64,000 nt of DNA from Octopus vulgaris (taxonomy: Eukaryota): assembly GCA_951406725.2 (NCBI GenBank), contig OX597824.1, positions 50,034,001-50,098,000 on the forward strand. The letters run 5' to 3'. Position 1 is the stretch's first letter; every line of letters starts with the position of its first letter. Made by a program: the position numbers and the translations under genes. Positions 13,928-27,493 of this stretch are shown in pieces. The notes beneath the pieces are model-generated. The model did no database searches. It had not been told where the DNA came from and saw only the letters and a program-made list of their open reading frames with translations.

Positions 13928-14521
13928 ACTTCAAAGACAGTTGCTCCCATAAATTCTAAATTAAAATTTAGAATTTATGGAGTGTAAAAGTTAGGAGCAA
14001 AAAGAAAATGATGGTTGAAGTATACAAGGAAACCGAAGGAAAACAAACATGGAGGGTCGTTAGACCAGAAAGAAAGGAAAATAGTGAACGGTGGGAGAAA
14101 CGTTTTTTGAAAAGAGAAATTAGAGAGAGAAAAACACGTTCGTTCATTTTGTATCTGTCTGTGTCTGTCTCTATTTTACCCCTCGTTCTTTTTTCTAACT
14201 CTGTCTCGTTGCTGACACTTGACCATCGTCCATCTTTCTTTTCCTCACGTGACCATCTTTTTCTGCACGGAAGTTCAAACGAGCGGACGTGTTTTGTTCT
14301 CTCCCTTCTATCTTTTTTCTCTCTCTCTCCTATCTTTTCTCTTCAAAAAATGTTTCTCTTAGCGTTCACTATTTTCCTCTCGTCCTGGTTTAACGACCCT
14401 CCATATTTTTTTTCGTTCGATTTCCTTGTATGTCTCCACCATCATTTTTTGTTCTCAGCTTTGACCCTCCATAAATCCTGAATTTTATTTTAGAATTTAT
14501 GGGAGCAACTGTATTTGAAGT

Positions 14522-14583
14522 CTCATATTGTGGTTGGATGCTTGAAATGAGGAGTAGATAGACAGCCGACAACTGCTGAAGGA
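14522..14583 (+). ncRNA. Candidate non-circularly permuted hammerhead motif (copy with A6C)
   Basis: ctcat-A-ttgtgg...ctt-GAA-atgag...ccgacaa-CTGCTGA-agg. Confidence 0.5.
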
Positions 14584-14721
14584 TCGTTTCTCTGTGTTAA
14601 CTTGTTCTGTTGTCCATTTTTTCTCGTTGTTCTCGTATTTCACTCGCTTTCCCTCCTTTATTTACGTGTTTTATGTTGTTTGCACCGTTGGTGAACACCA
14701 TTCCTATATATGCATGCATAT

Positions 14722-14783
<62 letters not shown>

Positions 14784-14789
<6 letters not shown>

Positions 14790-14930
14790 TAGGACAATCA
14801 GTAAGTTGTCATAATAGTACTCGGAGTTTCAAATGCCGGAGCTAAAGGCTACGATGCATTCTCATCGGGTATTAATGGCATTTGAAACTCCGAGTACTGC
14901 TATGACAACTTACTGGTTGTACTAAACTAT
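14784..14930. repeat. Foldback with 54-bp arms next to (TA)n; the right arm contains a hammerhead 3' half
   Basis: Arms 14784-14837 and 14877-14930. GAA-ACTC-c-GAGT-A at 14884-14896. The upstream core is degenerate (ctacga). Confidence 0.85.
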
Positions 14931-14987
14931 ACATATATAAATATCCTCTATTTACCTAATATCGAGGTCTCATTCTTTTGTTGTCGC

Positions 14988-15036
<49 letters not shown>

Positions 15037-15664
15037 GTTATTTTTATTATTATATATGTATGTGTGTGTCTGTTGGTATGTGGTCGTCTCTTTGTACCCC
15101 CATCACCGCTTGATAACCGGTGTTGGTCTGTTTAGCGGTTCGACAGAACACCCCAATAGAATGAGTACTAGGCTTAAAAGATATATGTGAAGGAACTAGA
15201 TGCAAGTCACTGTGTGTATCTGCGTAGAAGAGTAACTGAAATACAAGAATGTTTGTGTGTGTGTTTGTGTGCGTGGACATGTGCGTGTTTATGCAGATAT
15301 AGAAGATTGAGTGCACTGTGGATCTTTAGTATAGTGTAGTTGTTTAGTATAGCGTCCGTGTGTGTATGCCAGCGTTCGTACACATGCATGCATGTGAATG
15401 AGAGTTTGTGTTTTGAGTACATCATTCGTGTACTCTAGTGCTTTTCCTATTATCTTTCACCGTCTCAATGTATTTATGGTGCATGCATACAGACGTGTAT
15501 GCATACATCTGTACAGATATACACTCATATATACATACATATACACATACAAATACACACACAATTACACACACATATGTGTGTGTATGTATGTGTACGT
15601 ACGTATGTATGTATATGTCTCTCTGTACAAATGTATGCATACACGTATGTATATACTTGTTCGT

Positions 15665-15689
15665 GTATCTATCTTCTATCTATCTATCT

Positions 15690-15774
<85 letters not shown>

Positions 15775-15830
15775 GTATCTATCTATCTATGTATCTATCT
15801 ATCTATGTATCTATAGATCTATCTATCTAT
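15665..15830. repeat. (TATC)n tetranucleotide array
   Basis: Direct reading. Confidence 0.95.
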
Positions 15831-16439
15831 CAATTTATTTATTTATCTCCACACGCACACACACACAGACACACACACACACATATATATATATACAAGC
15901 ATTCATACATTCATTAGTACATACATCAAGCATACATGTATATACACAAACATATATATGTATATGCAAATATCCATCCATCTATCAATATACACATAGA
16001 TATTCACACACATACAACCCTCACACTCACACACACACGTATCCATACTTGCACACACATCCATATACATATATTCATAGACAGATAGATACGTATGCCA
16101 AAATACTCTTTGCATTTATTCGTAGACACAGTCAGACAGAGATAAATCAAGCCGAGAGACAGGCAGAAAAACAGACTGAGAGACAGTTGGACAAACAGAC
16201 AGACAGAAGGCAGGCAACAGAAGTAAAGGGTCCTGAGAGAGTGTCAGCTGTAAGTGTAAAGTTAAGGTCTGAAATAAGGAACGTTTCACGCTCAAGGGGG
16301 CCCAAGGTGCTGCTGTTCAAATCAGCAGAAAGGTTGATGGTAAGCGGGGATTTTTACACAGAATAACAAGCAAACGGGCATACATGTCACTCTTGCCTCA
16401 GCACTGTGTCGTCATCGCTTAACTTTCCGTAGAAGAGGT

Positions 16440-16674
16440 GATGGCGGTGGTGGTGGTGGGGGTGATACTGGGTGTTGTGGTGACGGTGATGGTGGTTAGA
16501 TGGTGTTGGTAGTAGTGATGGTAGTGGTGGTAGTGGTGGTGGTGTTGCTGGGTGATCTGGTGATGATGATAGTATAGCATAGTGGTGCTAGCGTTATTAT
16601 TATTATTATTATTATTATTGTTGTTGTTGTTGTTGTTGTTGTCATCATCAACATCATCATTATTATTATTATTA

Positions 16675-16737
<63 letters not shown>

Positions 16738-18258
16738 GCAGCAGCAGCAGTAGTAGTAGTAGTAGTAGTAGTGGTAATAGTAAGATCTTGCAGTGGTAAT
16801 TGTAATTTTCATACTCTCTTCATTTCTCCTTCTTGCAGCTGCTGCTGTTGTTACTACTACTACTACTACAAGTTTTAGTTGTCATGGTGGTGGTAGTAAT
16901 TGTTAGTGTTATCATCAAGTTCGTTCTTGTCATCTTCGTCCTCCTCCTCTCATCATCACCATCATCATCATCATCATCATCATCATTATCATCGTTATTA
17001 TCGTCGTCATCATCATCGTCATTACAACCATTACCACCACCACCACCACTATCACCACCACCATCACCACCACCATCATTATCATCATCATGATCATCAC
17101 CACCACCGCCATCATCATCATCATCCCCATCACCACCAGCACCATTACCAACATCACCACCACCATCACCACCACCACCATCATCATCATCATCATTTCC
17201 ACCACCACCACCAGCACCGCCGCCGCCGCCACCGTCATCATCATCATCACTGCAGTCTCGTCGTTGTTACGAAGCATATTATTTGTCATGAACCTCTCTC
17301 TCGTCTTCTATCTCCAACTATACCTCCTCCACTTTTACTCCTCTCCAAACTATACCTCTACTTCTTGGTGTTTCATGTCGTCATTGTTCCACTATTATTA
17401 TCGACATAACCACCACTATGTCGCTGCCACTATGACTGCTCCACCACCACCACCACCACCACCATCACAACAACCATCGCAAACACCATCACAACCACCA
17501 TCATCACCATCACCACCACAATAAAAAACAACAGCAACTCCTCCGCCTCCTCCTCCTACAACTACTACTACTACAACTACTACTACTACAACTACTACTA
17601 CTACAACTACTACTACTACTACTAGTAGTATTACTACTGCTACCATTATCAACTTCATCTTGTACGACTTCTTCATTTCCTTAGTCATCACCACCACCAC
17701 CGCCACCACCACCACCACCATCATCATCACTACCACCACCGTCGTCGTCAAAACCATCATCATCATCATTTTTTTCTTCGACGTCGTCCTCATCGGCGTC
17801 ATTTTTTCTTCCCTTCCGCCTCACTTATCTCTCTCCCTCTCCCTCTCCCTCCCTCCACTTCTCTCCTTCCTCTCGTCATCCTGTCCTTGAACATCATCTC
17901 TACGTATGGTGCCAAGCTCATTATAGAAACACAACATCGTGTCTGATTTAACTGGCTACTGCTTTACTGACCGGCAAAAATCGATCAATTAGATACGTCA
18001 AAATGAAAGATTATGCCTTTATTTAACTTTTATTTGATTTTTGTTTATTTACACAATATCGTCTGCATTTCCGGCAGAAAAAAAAAAGGGATATTAAAAA
18101 AGTCATCTTTCCTAATTTTTTTTTGCACCGAACGAAGTCTTAATACAGTGTAGGGAAAGCATTTTTGTAGGAAATTAACAGATGTTTTTGCCTTGGAGGA
18201 GGTACTGTCGAATCCAAAGACACAATCTTCGCTGAAGCGACAGTGTTAATAAAATAAC

Positions 18259-18311
<53 letters not shown>

Positions 18312-18358
18312 TAATAATAATAATAATAATAATGATGATGATGATGATGATGATGATG

Positions 18359-18436
<78 letters not shown>

Positions 18437-18660
18437 GCAGTGCCACCTCTGTCGCCGCCGCCGACGCCACCACCACCACAAACAGCAACAGCAACAACAA
18501 CAACAACAAAAACAACAGTAGCAGAAACGAGAACAACAATATAGTTACATCTACCTTGTATAACCTTAGGGTCATGATCTGGACTCCTTGATATGAGATA
18601 GAAACGATAGTCAAAGATGCTGCTACTGTTGCTGCTGCTGCTGTTGATGCTGATAATGCT
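16440..18660. repeat. Extended compound trinucleotide region (GGT/TTA/CAT/CAC/CTA/TAA)n with short unique islands
   Basis: Direct reading. It is the source of the spurious poly-H/L/I/V ORFs. Confidence 0.92.
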
Positions 18661-19699
18661 GGTGATAACTGTTTCTTTTATTTGCCTCGAGAGCTCGCAT
18701 TACAAACGGTAAACGTTACATAAAAGTTACAACTCATATAAAACTAGATAAACAAAGTTAAATAAAATTAATGAGGAGAAGGATTAGGACTGTTTGAATT
18801 TAATACAAACATGAAATGAATAAAAGTAATATAAAATGCTCAGTAAATAAAGCAAGAGATAATATTTTACATATAGTAAAGCTGTCGGTCACGCTGGTAG
18901 AAGGAAATGAAAAAAAAAAAAAAAAGAGCGGGGTGTGATTACTAGTAGGAAGTGCTAAATGCGGGAGAACTGTAGTGAGAAGTCTCTATTCTGCTGTAAG
19001 TCGCTGGTATTTTAATCAAAATAAAACTGCAAATTTTTATTATAAATTATATTTAACAATATCACACACACATGAAATTAAATAATGAAACTTTTCTTTG
19101 CAAAACATTGTTCACATGATGGAGTGGGGGTGCAAACACAGACAGACAGACACACACACGCATATATATATATACGACGGGCTTCTTTCAGTTTCCATCT
19201 ACCACATCCACTCACAAGGCTTTGTTTGGCCCAAGGTGCCACGCAGTTTGGATTAATATTACTTGAGATATATAGAAATATATTTCGACAGATGTAGATT
19301 ACACTTAGTTAATTATTTTGTCCGATAAAATTTTTTGTTGTTTTATAATTGCACTTGATATGTAATTGAATAGTTAAAGGTTACGCTCATAATACATAGG
19401 CATTTGAATTAATTTTTTTACAATCTCGCTATCCTTTCACCCGGAATCTCGTCTATCTTTAAACACTGACTCTGACGAGGCTTATATAAAAGGGAATTGT
19501 TTATATATAAAGATATATATATATATCAAAACAAATTGTTGGCTTTTTGATGTTTCAATAATTGTTTATGTTATCTTATATTATGTTATATTATATTCCT
19601 AGTTTATTATGTTATGTTATAATATAAATAAATTATTGGGTTGTCAATTGTATCTCTTTATTTAATTTATATATATATATATACTCTTTACTCTCTACT

Positions 19700-20102
19700 C
19701 TTTTATTTGTTTCAGTCATTTGACTGCGGCCATGCTGGAGCACCGCCTTTTTAGTCGAGCAAATCGACCCCGGGACTTATTCTTTGTAAGCCCAGCCCAG
19801 TACTTATTCTATCGGACTCTTTTTGCCGAACCGCTAAGTGTCGGTGATGTAAACACACCAGCATCGGTTGTCAAACAATGCTAGGGGGACAAACACAGAC
19901 TCACAAACACACACACATACATATATATATATGTATATACGACAGGCTTCTTTCAGTTTCCGTCTACCAAATCCACTCACAAGGCATTGGTCAGCCCGAG
20001 GCTATAGCAGAAGACACTTGCCCAAGATGCCATGCAGTGGGACTGAACCCGGAACCATGTGGTTGGTTAGCAAACTACTTACCACACAGCCACTCCTGCG
20101 CC
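19700..20102 (-). mobile_element. tRNA-derived SINE, young full-length copy
   Basis: Near-identical reverse complement of 20824-21246. Confidence 0.92.
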
Positions 20103-20183
20103 TATATATATATATATAAAGATTTTTCCTCCGTCTGGCTGTTTTTCTCTCTACAAAACGGAAAGTTACATTGTGTAACAGTC

Positions 20184-20285
20184 CACCCGACGAGATACAT
20201 CTGCACTACCGGAAGCTCCTCAACCAGCTGTTGAGCGTCCCACCCAGGAGAAATCGATGCTAGATGTGTCGAAACAATTGTCGTG
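20184..20285 (+). ncRNA. Type I hammerhead motif (U4C) with long stem II and palindromic stem III
   Basis: cac-CCGACGA-gatacatct...agatgtgtc-GAA-ACAATTGT-C-gtg. Predicted cleavage is after C20282. Confidence 0.72.
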
Positions 20286-20340
20286 ATTAATCATAAATTC
20301 TCGTATTTTCCATCTTCTGTCTTTCATTTGTTATATATAC

Positions 20341-20373
<33 letters not shown>

Positions 20374-20413
20374 TGTATGTATGTATGTATGTATGTATGT
20401 ATGTATGTATGTA

Positions 20414-20504
<91 letters not shown>

Positions 20505-20690
20505 CTATATATTGATATTTTCTTACGAAAACGCATAGGTAGCGTAGAAGTGCTCAAATAAAAACTGAGGTGTTAGATAATTATAGTGGATAGAATGGGA
20601 AAAAGTTCAAGTCAGCCAGACTACGATTAACACATACATATAGTGGTTTAGTTAATATACAATAAGGATTGCCCGAACATAAATATATAT

Positions 20691-20777
20691 TGATATATTA
20701 GAGATATAAAAATATATAGCGTTATAAAAAAACTATTTTTTTTTATTTCTATATATTTTTATATCTCTAATATATCA
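20691..20777. repeat. Foldback with perfect 29-bp arms
   Basis: Arms 20691-20719 and 20749-20777. Confidence 0.85.
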
Positions 20778-20823
20778 CTATATGTTTCAGATTGGACAAT
20801 TCTTATTTTATCTTAAATAAACC

Positions 20824-20983
20824 CGTAGTGGCTGTGTGGTAAGTAGCTTGCTAACCAACCACATGGTTCCGGGTACAGTCCCACTGCGTGGCATCTTGGG
20901 CAAGTGTCTTCTGCTATAGCCCCGGGCCGACCAATGCCTTGTGAGTGGATTTGGTAGACGGAAACTGAAAGAAGCCTGTCGTA

Positions 20984-21034
<51 letters not shown>

Positions 21035-21246
21035 GTGTGTGTGTGTTTGTGTGTCCGTGTTTGTCCCCCTAGCATTGCTTGACAACCGATGCTGGTGTGT
21101 TTACGTCACCGTCACTTAGCGGTTCGGCAAAAGAGACCGATAGAATAAGTACTGGGCTTACAAAGAATAAGTCCCGGGGTCGATTTGCTCGACTAAAGGC
21201 GGTGCTCCAGCATGGCCGCAGTCAAATGACTGAAACAAGTAAAAGT
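20824..21246 (+). mobile_element. tRNA-derived SINE, young full-length copy
   Basis: A-box tggctgtgtggtaag and B-box-like gggtacagtccc. Body cttgggcaagtgtcttct, internal (TA)n(TG)n, tail gactgaaacaagtaaaag. Confidence 0.92.
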
Positions 21247-21320
21247 GAGAAAAGAGAAAGAGATGTATGAGTTAATCTTTTTCTGCCTGATTTCAATTTT
21301 TTCCCATTCTATCCACTACA

Positions 21321-21414
<94 letters not shown>

Positions 21415-21612
21415 GGTGTCATTGAGACCCAAAGGTGTCAGGTAAAGCTGAATAAGTGCTATACACAGACCATAGTTAAGTTCCAGATTCGCTAATTTTG
21501 CGAAAAAGAGCTTCAACGTTGGTTCTATGTCAGCGTGCGTATATAAGAATTTTTTGCGTAATAAGATAAAAAACCAAGGTCGTGTAGATCTTAGAGCATT
21601 TATAGATAGACG

Positions 21613-21664
21613 GTCTTACAGCTGTTTCTAGGATATTTATTAATTATATCCCTCCATCGGAGAC
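21613..21664 (-). ncRNA. Degenerate type I hammerhead motif
   Basis: Minus strand reads gtct-CCGATGG-agggatat...atatcct-a-GAA-ACAGCTGT-A-agac, with two core substitutions. Confidence 0.6.
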
Positions 21665-21769
21665 GGTGTGAGAGGATGGTTAAGTCATAGTTAGTTTAGA
21701 TGTGACACGCACGCGCACACACACAAGCACATCGACATGCATAGATGTATCTATAAGTCTAGTCAACAG

Positions 21770-23030
21770 GTTAACGCCGTTTGCAGGAGAGATTGCTGAC
21801 GTTTAATAACGGCTTCTCTCTGTCTTGATGTGCCACAAAATACTATTAGTAAAACTATCGGCATTTTTGATGAGACGCTAGTTTTAATATAAAACTTGCA
21901 AAACATTTACGATCCGCTAGCCAGACCACCTCGCCACCATGTTTCTCCTCTGCTGACCATACCTAACTTTGATGAACAAAAAAGCACCGACGCCATTTGA
22001 AATGAATCACTGAGAAAAAAGCCAGTTTGCTCAGATTAAAATTCATATCAAGCTGGTGAGCATTTTACTAACAATCCGTAATCAAAATGGTGGAACGTCT
22101 TTTTTCCCAAACGCCGTTTTGATAAATACCTCGTCCTCAAAGCTCACATTAAGACCTACACCAGTTAATCAATTCATTATATCTTTGTTATTAACTATTG
22201 TAAATCTTATAATATTGTCCAAAGGAGAGGACGTCACTGGAATTTCTTTTGGTTGCTTTTCGCTTTGGTTGATTTTTCTCCTTTTGGGACATTTTCATTT
22301 CTTCCTTAGTACTTTCTCCGGTAGTTTGTCATTCTTGATCTTCTTCTATCATCTGCCCATCGTAATACAATGGGGTAATGCAGCTGGGAGGATGAGCTTA
22401 GTCATCTTTATCTTCTGAGGAAGCTTTTTGGCCCCACACTCAGAACTGCCAACGATGGCACGCTTGACAGTGCGATTAGGATTCCACTATCCAAATCTAT
22501 GAGCGATGGAATTCTGGAAACTAGAGATTATTGCTCTCTACCGATTTGCATCCTCTTTCCATTCTCTAGCTCGTCATGGCTAACAACCCCCAAGTGACTG
22601 GCTTCCACAGTTGTAGAAGACGTGTCTTTTGTCCTGCAGCCACTGTCTCATGTCCTTCGTCGCAGCGCTCTCAATGAGGTATGGCTCCTGCATCATCTGC
22701 AATACATATGTCAACAACCCTAACCGTTACTCTTGGGGCAAAACTGTATCAGCCCTCACAGTCAGTCCGTAAACTTTACCATGCTCAAACGAGAAAATTT
22801 CTTTCGTTACATCGCAAAGGGATCTTCCAGCTGCTGTTCTAAGTGTAACTGGAAGCTCACGCCATTTAAAAAAAATCTACAAAGAATTGCTTGAGTAAAG
22901 GAATGCCGTTTCACACAACATGGTATTTCCAAACTGTCCATTTTCAAAGAAATTTCCTATGTCCAGTGCTCCCATTTGATTTGACACAACAGCAAATCTG
23001 ACCTGGCCCTTCTATACTGGTTTTATCGCT
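21770..23030 (-). pseudogene. Highly decayed coding-like segment, possibly LINE ORF1 with a degenerate zinc knuckle
   Basis: Manual translation with several stops: ...WLQDKRHVFYNCGSQSLGGC*... followed by a Lys-rich tail. GC content is higher than in the flanks. Confidence 0.3.
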
Positions 23031-23211
23031 TTTAGAACTTTTGCTTGTAAAACTGTATGCTACTCTTATTCTTTGGCGTATCAATATAATATATTCATAT
23101 TGTGTTGTTAGATCTTCGTTGACCGAATCTACATCTTTTTTATGTTTTTGTGTTTTGTGACTGCATGTTGTGTTTATTTTAATAAAACAATGCCTCAATA
23201 TTGTATATATC

Positions 23212-23276
<65 letters not shown>

Positions 23277-26019
23277 ATATATATACGTGCATATATATAT
23301 GCATGGTGTTTAGGTATGTTCGTATGTATGTATATATACATACGTGTATGTATTTGTGTATGCATATATATTTGTGTGTGTATGTGTGTATGTGTGTTAG
23401 TATATACATACAATTACGTACACACGTATACAATACGAACCATGAAGAAGCATTGAGTAACAGAAAAACTGAGAAAAACTAACAAAAAACACAAAGAACA
23501 TGGGAAAAAGGAAATATAAAAGAAAAGATAAAGAATATTATCTGAACAGAGATAAATATTGAAAGAAAGATTGATAGATTTACAAAGCATCTTCTATTGA
23601 ATAGCAGCAACAACAATAAGAACAAGAACAACCACAAGAAAAACAACAGCAGCAAGACAACAACAACAACATTAATTACAACAACTGCAACAAATCTATG
23701 CGAAGATGTGTAATAAATACAATAACAATATAATATATATTCTCGGCCTTGCCATGCTTCTGTTAGCTACCATGATCACATGGGTGAAATCGTGATAAAC
23801 GTCTTCAGGGAAATTCTTAGAGAGAATAAGATATCTTGATTACTGCTATTATATAGACGCTGATCTATGGCAGCTGAATATTTGCGAAAGCGATGGAAAA
23901 CCCGAACTATTTATCTCTCCCTCGAAGTATAAGATTAAATACAAAATGAAATCAAACAACAATATCTCAAAATGATGAAAACTTTAGTTGGATTTGAGCT
24001 TTAAGTATTGATGATGTAAATAAATTTTGTTATTGAAAAATTTGACGCAGTAAAAGCTTCGATAGAAAAATATTTGAAAGAATTGATAAACGAAATAACT
24101 CGATGTTAACATCGATTTTAAATCTTGAAATATGTTTCAGCTAGTTTACACACGACAACTTTCATAAAAATTCTACAGTAGCTATGTTACAGTAGACACC
24201 AAGATCATATAGATATGTCTGGAGTTGTATGGAGAGTAAAAGATGATATTAAAAGAGAGGAGTATGTATAAATATATATCCGTATATAAACTTTTATATT
24301 TCAGTTGATATTTACAATATCAACTGAAAAACGAGACAAAGATATACAAATATATTACTGGAATGTTCAAAATATCCAAATATGGTGTTCATGGATGTTG
24401 TAAACTTATATGATGTCAGGAATTCTGATAATGATGTACGTGAGGATAGGAATTCGTTTTACACGATATTTTATCAAGAGACTTTTTCTATCTAAAGTTA
24501 ACGCCTCCATTTATTAAACTGGATTGTATGTTTTTTTGTTGTATGTATTGGAATTGTTTCGTTCTATTTGTTATTCATTTTTGACAACATATGTGGGTTT
24601 ATTGTTACATTTTGAGAAATGGATACATATTCACTTACACGCTGGTTTTTAATGCAGAGAATAACAGACTAGAATACATTGCATACTAAGCAACGATATT
24701 GTGGTTAATTTCTTTAAGGAAAACAAATTGTCAAATGAATAGGATGGGGAAATTTATAAAGAGGTCATAATTTACAATAATGTATCTCCTTCACCAAGAA
24801 CTTGGATGCTAGGAAGGGGTCAGCATCATATTCACTAACATATACACCGAGCAATGGAGCTATGGTTCAGCTCTATATTTATTTGTTTAACGTAAGCATT
24901 TCAGAAAGTGTTTCATTTGATTTTTTAAAACTGTAAGGCTGAAACCTGGTGTCAAAAGCTGGATGTTTTGTCTATTGTTTTAACAAACTACGTTGATTAA
25001 ATCCTTTGATAACAAATATTGATTTCGAATTATACTATCCTTAGTCTTTTACACTGAATCATATGAAAATTTCAACTCGAACTTATGCCAGAGCAAGATT
25101 CCTAATCTAAGCAGCATATTGTAATAAGTGTACAATGTATTAAGCATTTTTGTGTCTTTCTATCTGAATTTGTGGATAATAACCTCTGATTTATCTTTAT
25201 TGAGTTATACGTAAAGCTTAAGTGTTTTTAATATACACAAGGTAAATAATTAACTCTTACCATTATTTGTTAGAGTTTTTTACATTTTCATTTCACGCTA
25301 ATTTTCAAATTTCATGGCAGCTACTATGTTCATTTGATCTCAACTTCGGGCCACTTTCTTTACTGACTAGTACCAACACGTCAAGAATGAAAAAGAACAC
25401 AAACAGGAGTGCAAAATAATAAATTTCATAATGTAAAAAAAAAAAAAGTAAAGGAAAGAAAATTTCGGACTGTGGACCATCGTCAAAAAACAATATAAAG
25501 TAGTATATCGATAATGGTTATCGGAAGTATTAGAGCTGATTCCGACAGTAGCTATTCGTGAAGAAACATAATATAAAAGGAAGGGTGAAAAATAACAATC
25601 AACAAATAGCTAAGATCGAATTTATACAAGGTTGTATCAACTGGACACTATGTCTTGTATCTGGGTTGGCGATAAATACAAATAGAGAAAACCAATTTGA
25701 CTGAGTGAACATGAAGTTATAAAGAACGTAAACAATTTTGACATAAGGAACCCCACACAATTCTCAATAACTGTTGTCAACATAATTTAAAACAAGTACT
25801 AGCATAAATGAATTATCACATAAACGCAATTAAGTTGGTTTTTACCAGTAGATGTTTAAACCTGATCTAGAAGATTTTTGCTTTGAGGTATTTCAGCAGT
25901 CACCGTACCGTTTAGTTACGAACATACATCTATATATATAATACACATTTATATTTCAGGGGCCGGTTTATAAGTAGCACCAATTTAGGCAGTTCGTAAA
26001 AGATATCCTCTATTAAAAA

Positions 26020-26188
26020 CGGTATTTCGTCTGTCTTTACATTCTGAGCTCAAATTCCACCGAGGTCAACTTTGCCTTTCATCCTTTCGAAATCGATAAA
26101 CTAAGTATCAGTTGAATACTGGATCGATGTAATCGACTTGCTCCCTTCCAACACATTTCAGGTTTTGTGCTTATAGTAGAAAGGAATA
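26020..26188 (+). mobile_element. SINE fragment (ggcggcgagctggcagaatcgttag family)
   Basis: ttctgagctcaaattccaccgaggtcaactttgcctttcatcctttcg matches the 32879 and 57300 copies. Confidence 0.8.
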
Positions 26189-26258
26189 ATTACGTACACG
26201 GATGCACATCCGAGCATACATATATTCATATATTTTTCTATTTCTCTCTGTCGATATA

Positions 26259-26583
26259 CACTTTCTCCTCGACATACGACCGAGTTACATTCCGACTGAC
26301 AAGTTGTAAGTCGATCTGGTCGTATGTCGGATTGATATTTTTCAATACTATTTTCATTCATGCTACTGATGCTTGAAAGTGATTGAGTGAGAGACATTGG
26401 CAGGCAGTAGATGCTCGGGTCTGAGGGAAGCCTGTGTTGCCAGATGCAACCATAATTATCGTACGCGCACCTGCACAACATCCGAAAATCGATTATTTAT
26501 TTATTTTTATATTTATTTATTTATTGTGGTCGTAAGTTGTGGATGGTCGTAAGTCGCATAGGTCCGAAGTCGAGGAGAAGGTG
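26259..26583. mobile_element. pogo/Tigger-like MITE, 325 bp, TA target duplication
   Basis: TIRs cactttctcctcgacatacgacc / ggtccgaagtcgaggagaaggtg, flanked by TA. Subterminal ggtcgta(a/t)gt(c/t)g repeats. Confidence 0.75.
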
Positions 26584-27402
26584 TATTTTAATATTTATAT
26601 CCACATCCATATACTTTTGTCTCAATATCTTTTTAGAGATATCATTAACCATGGTCAGAGAGCCGGGATTTTGACAGAAATCGAAAGAGTGACACTTCGT
26701 CCGATTTTTCTGTACTCTATAAATTCAACCACTTATCTCTTCTATTGAAGAATATATTAAAATAATGAATATCGAAGGAAGGAAGAAAAATTTTCGAGTA
26801 GCAAATTGTGTGAAATGCTTAATTGGGTATTGAAACCGTGTCACAATTGCAGCATTTTTGGTGAGATTAACATCACTCTACAGAGAAAGCACATTCGGAA
26901 ATATAAAGTTAGAGAAAATGTATTATTAAGAAAATATTTCATCAAAGATACACTCGCACACCCATAGACCAACACATGGACTCGCACATTCACTTATACA
27001 CAAATACATAGAGACACACATAAGCACGAACGCTCATTATGTCAACCGACCAGCACATACATACATACATACATACATACATACATACATACATACATAC
27101 ATACATAAACACATGAACGTACATAAATAAACACACAGATGCATAAACATAAACACATATAACCACACACACAGAAACAAACATTCAGCAATAAATCTAT
27201 CAGTTTATATTCAGGGATAATTATGAATTTGATAATGGTGAATATAAGAATGGAAAAAGATTCGCCAGTTTTCTCTCTTTCTGTTCCTCTCTTTCCCATT
27301 CGGTATATGTCTGTCTATGAACGTTATATATAAATATATATGTATGTATGTCTGTATGTATGTATGTATGTATGTATGTATGTATGTATGTCTGTATGTC
27401 TG

Positions 27403-27493
<91 letters not shown>

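Larger units (their letters stand above)
13811..14640. mobile_element. PLE-like foldback with about 340-bp diverged inverted arms between TA tracts; each arm holds a permuted hammerhead motif
   Basis: About 13811-14150 is the reverse complement of about 14280-14640, e.g. gttgctcccataaattctaaa / tttagaatttatgggagcaac. Confidence 0.85.

Noticed and set aside
15398-18614. Long ORFs with poly-His, -Leu, -Ile and YLSI runs (e.g. 322 aa and 169 aa)
   Set aside because: They are translations of microsatellites, open in several frames, with no domain content.
19468-19545. CTGACGA followed by aaaacaaattgt
   Set aside because: G12 is missing and stem I is unsupported. At most a dead remnant.
20824-20900. 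tRNA gene
   Set aside because: The A/B boxes belong to a SINE head that continues into a multi-copy body, and no full cloverleaf forms.
23750-24800. AT-rich unique region with faint GTPase-like peptides (KYPNMVFMDV..., GLYVFLL)
   Set aside because: Short frames, many stops and no P-loop. The similarity is too weak to call without a search.
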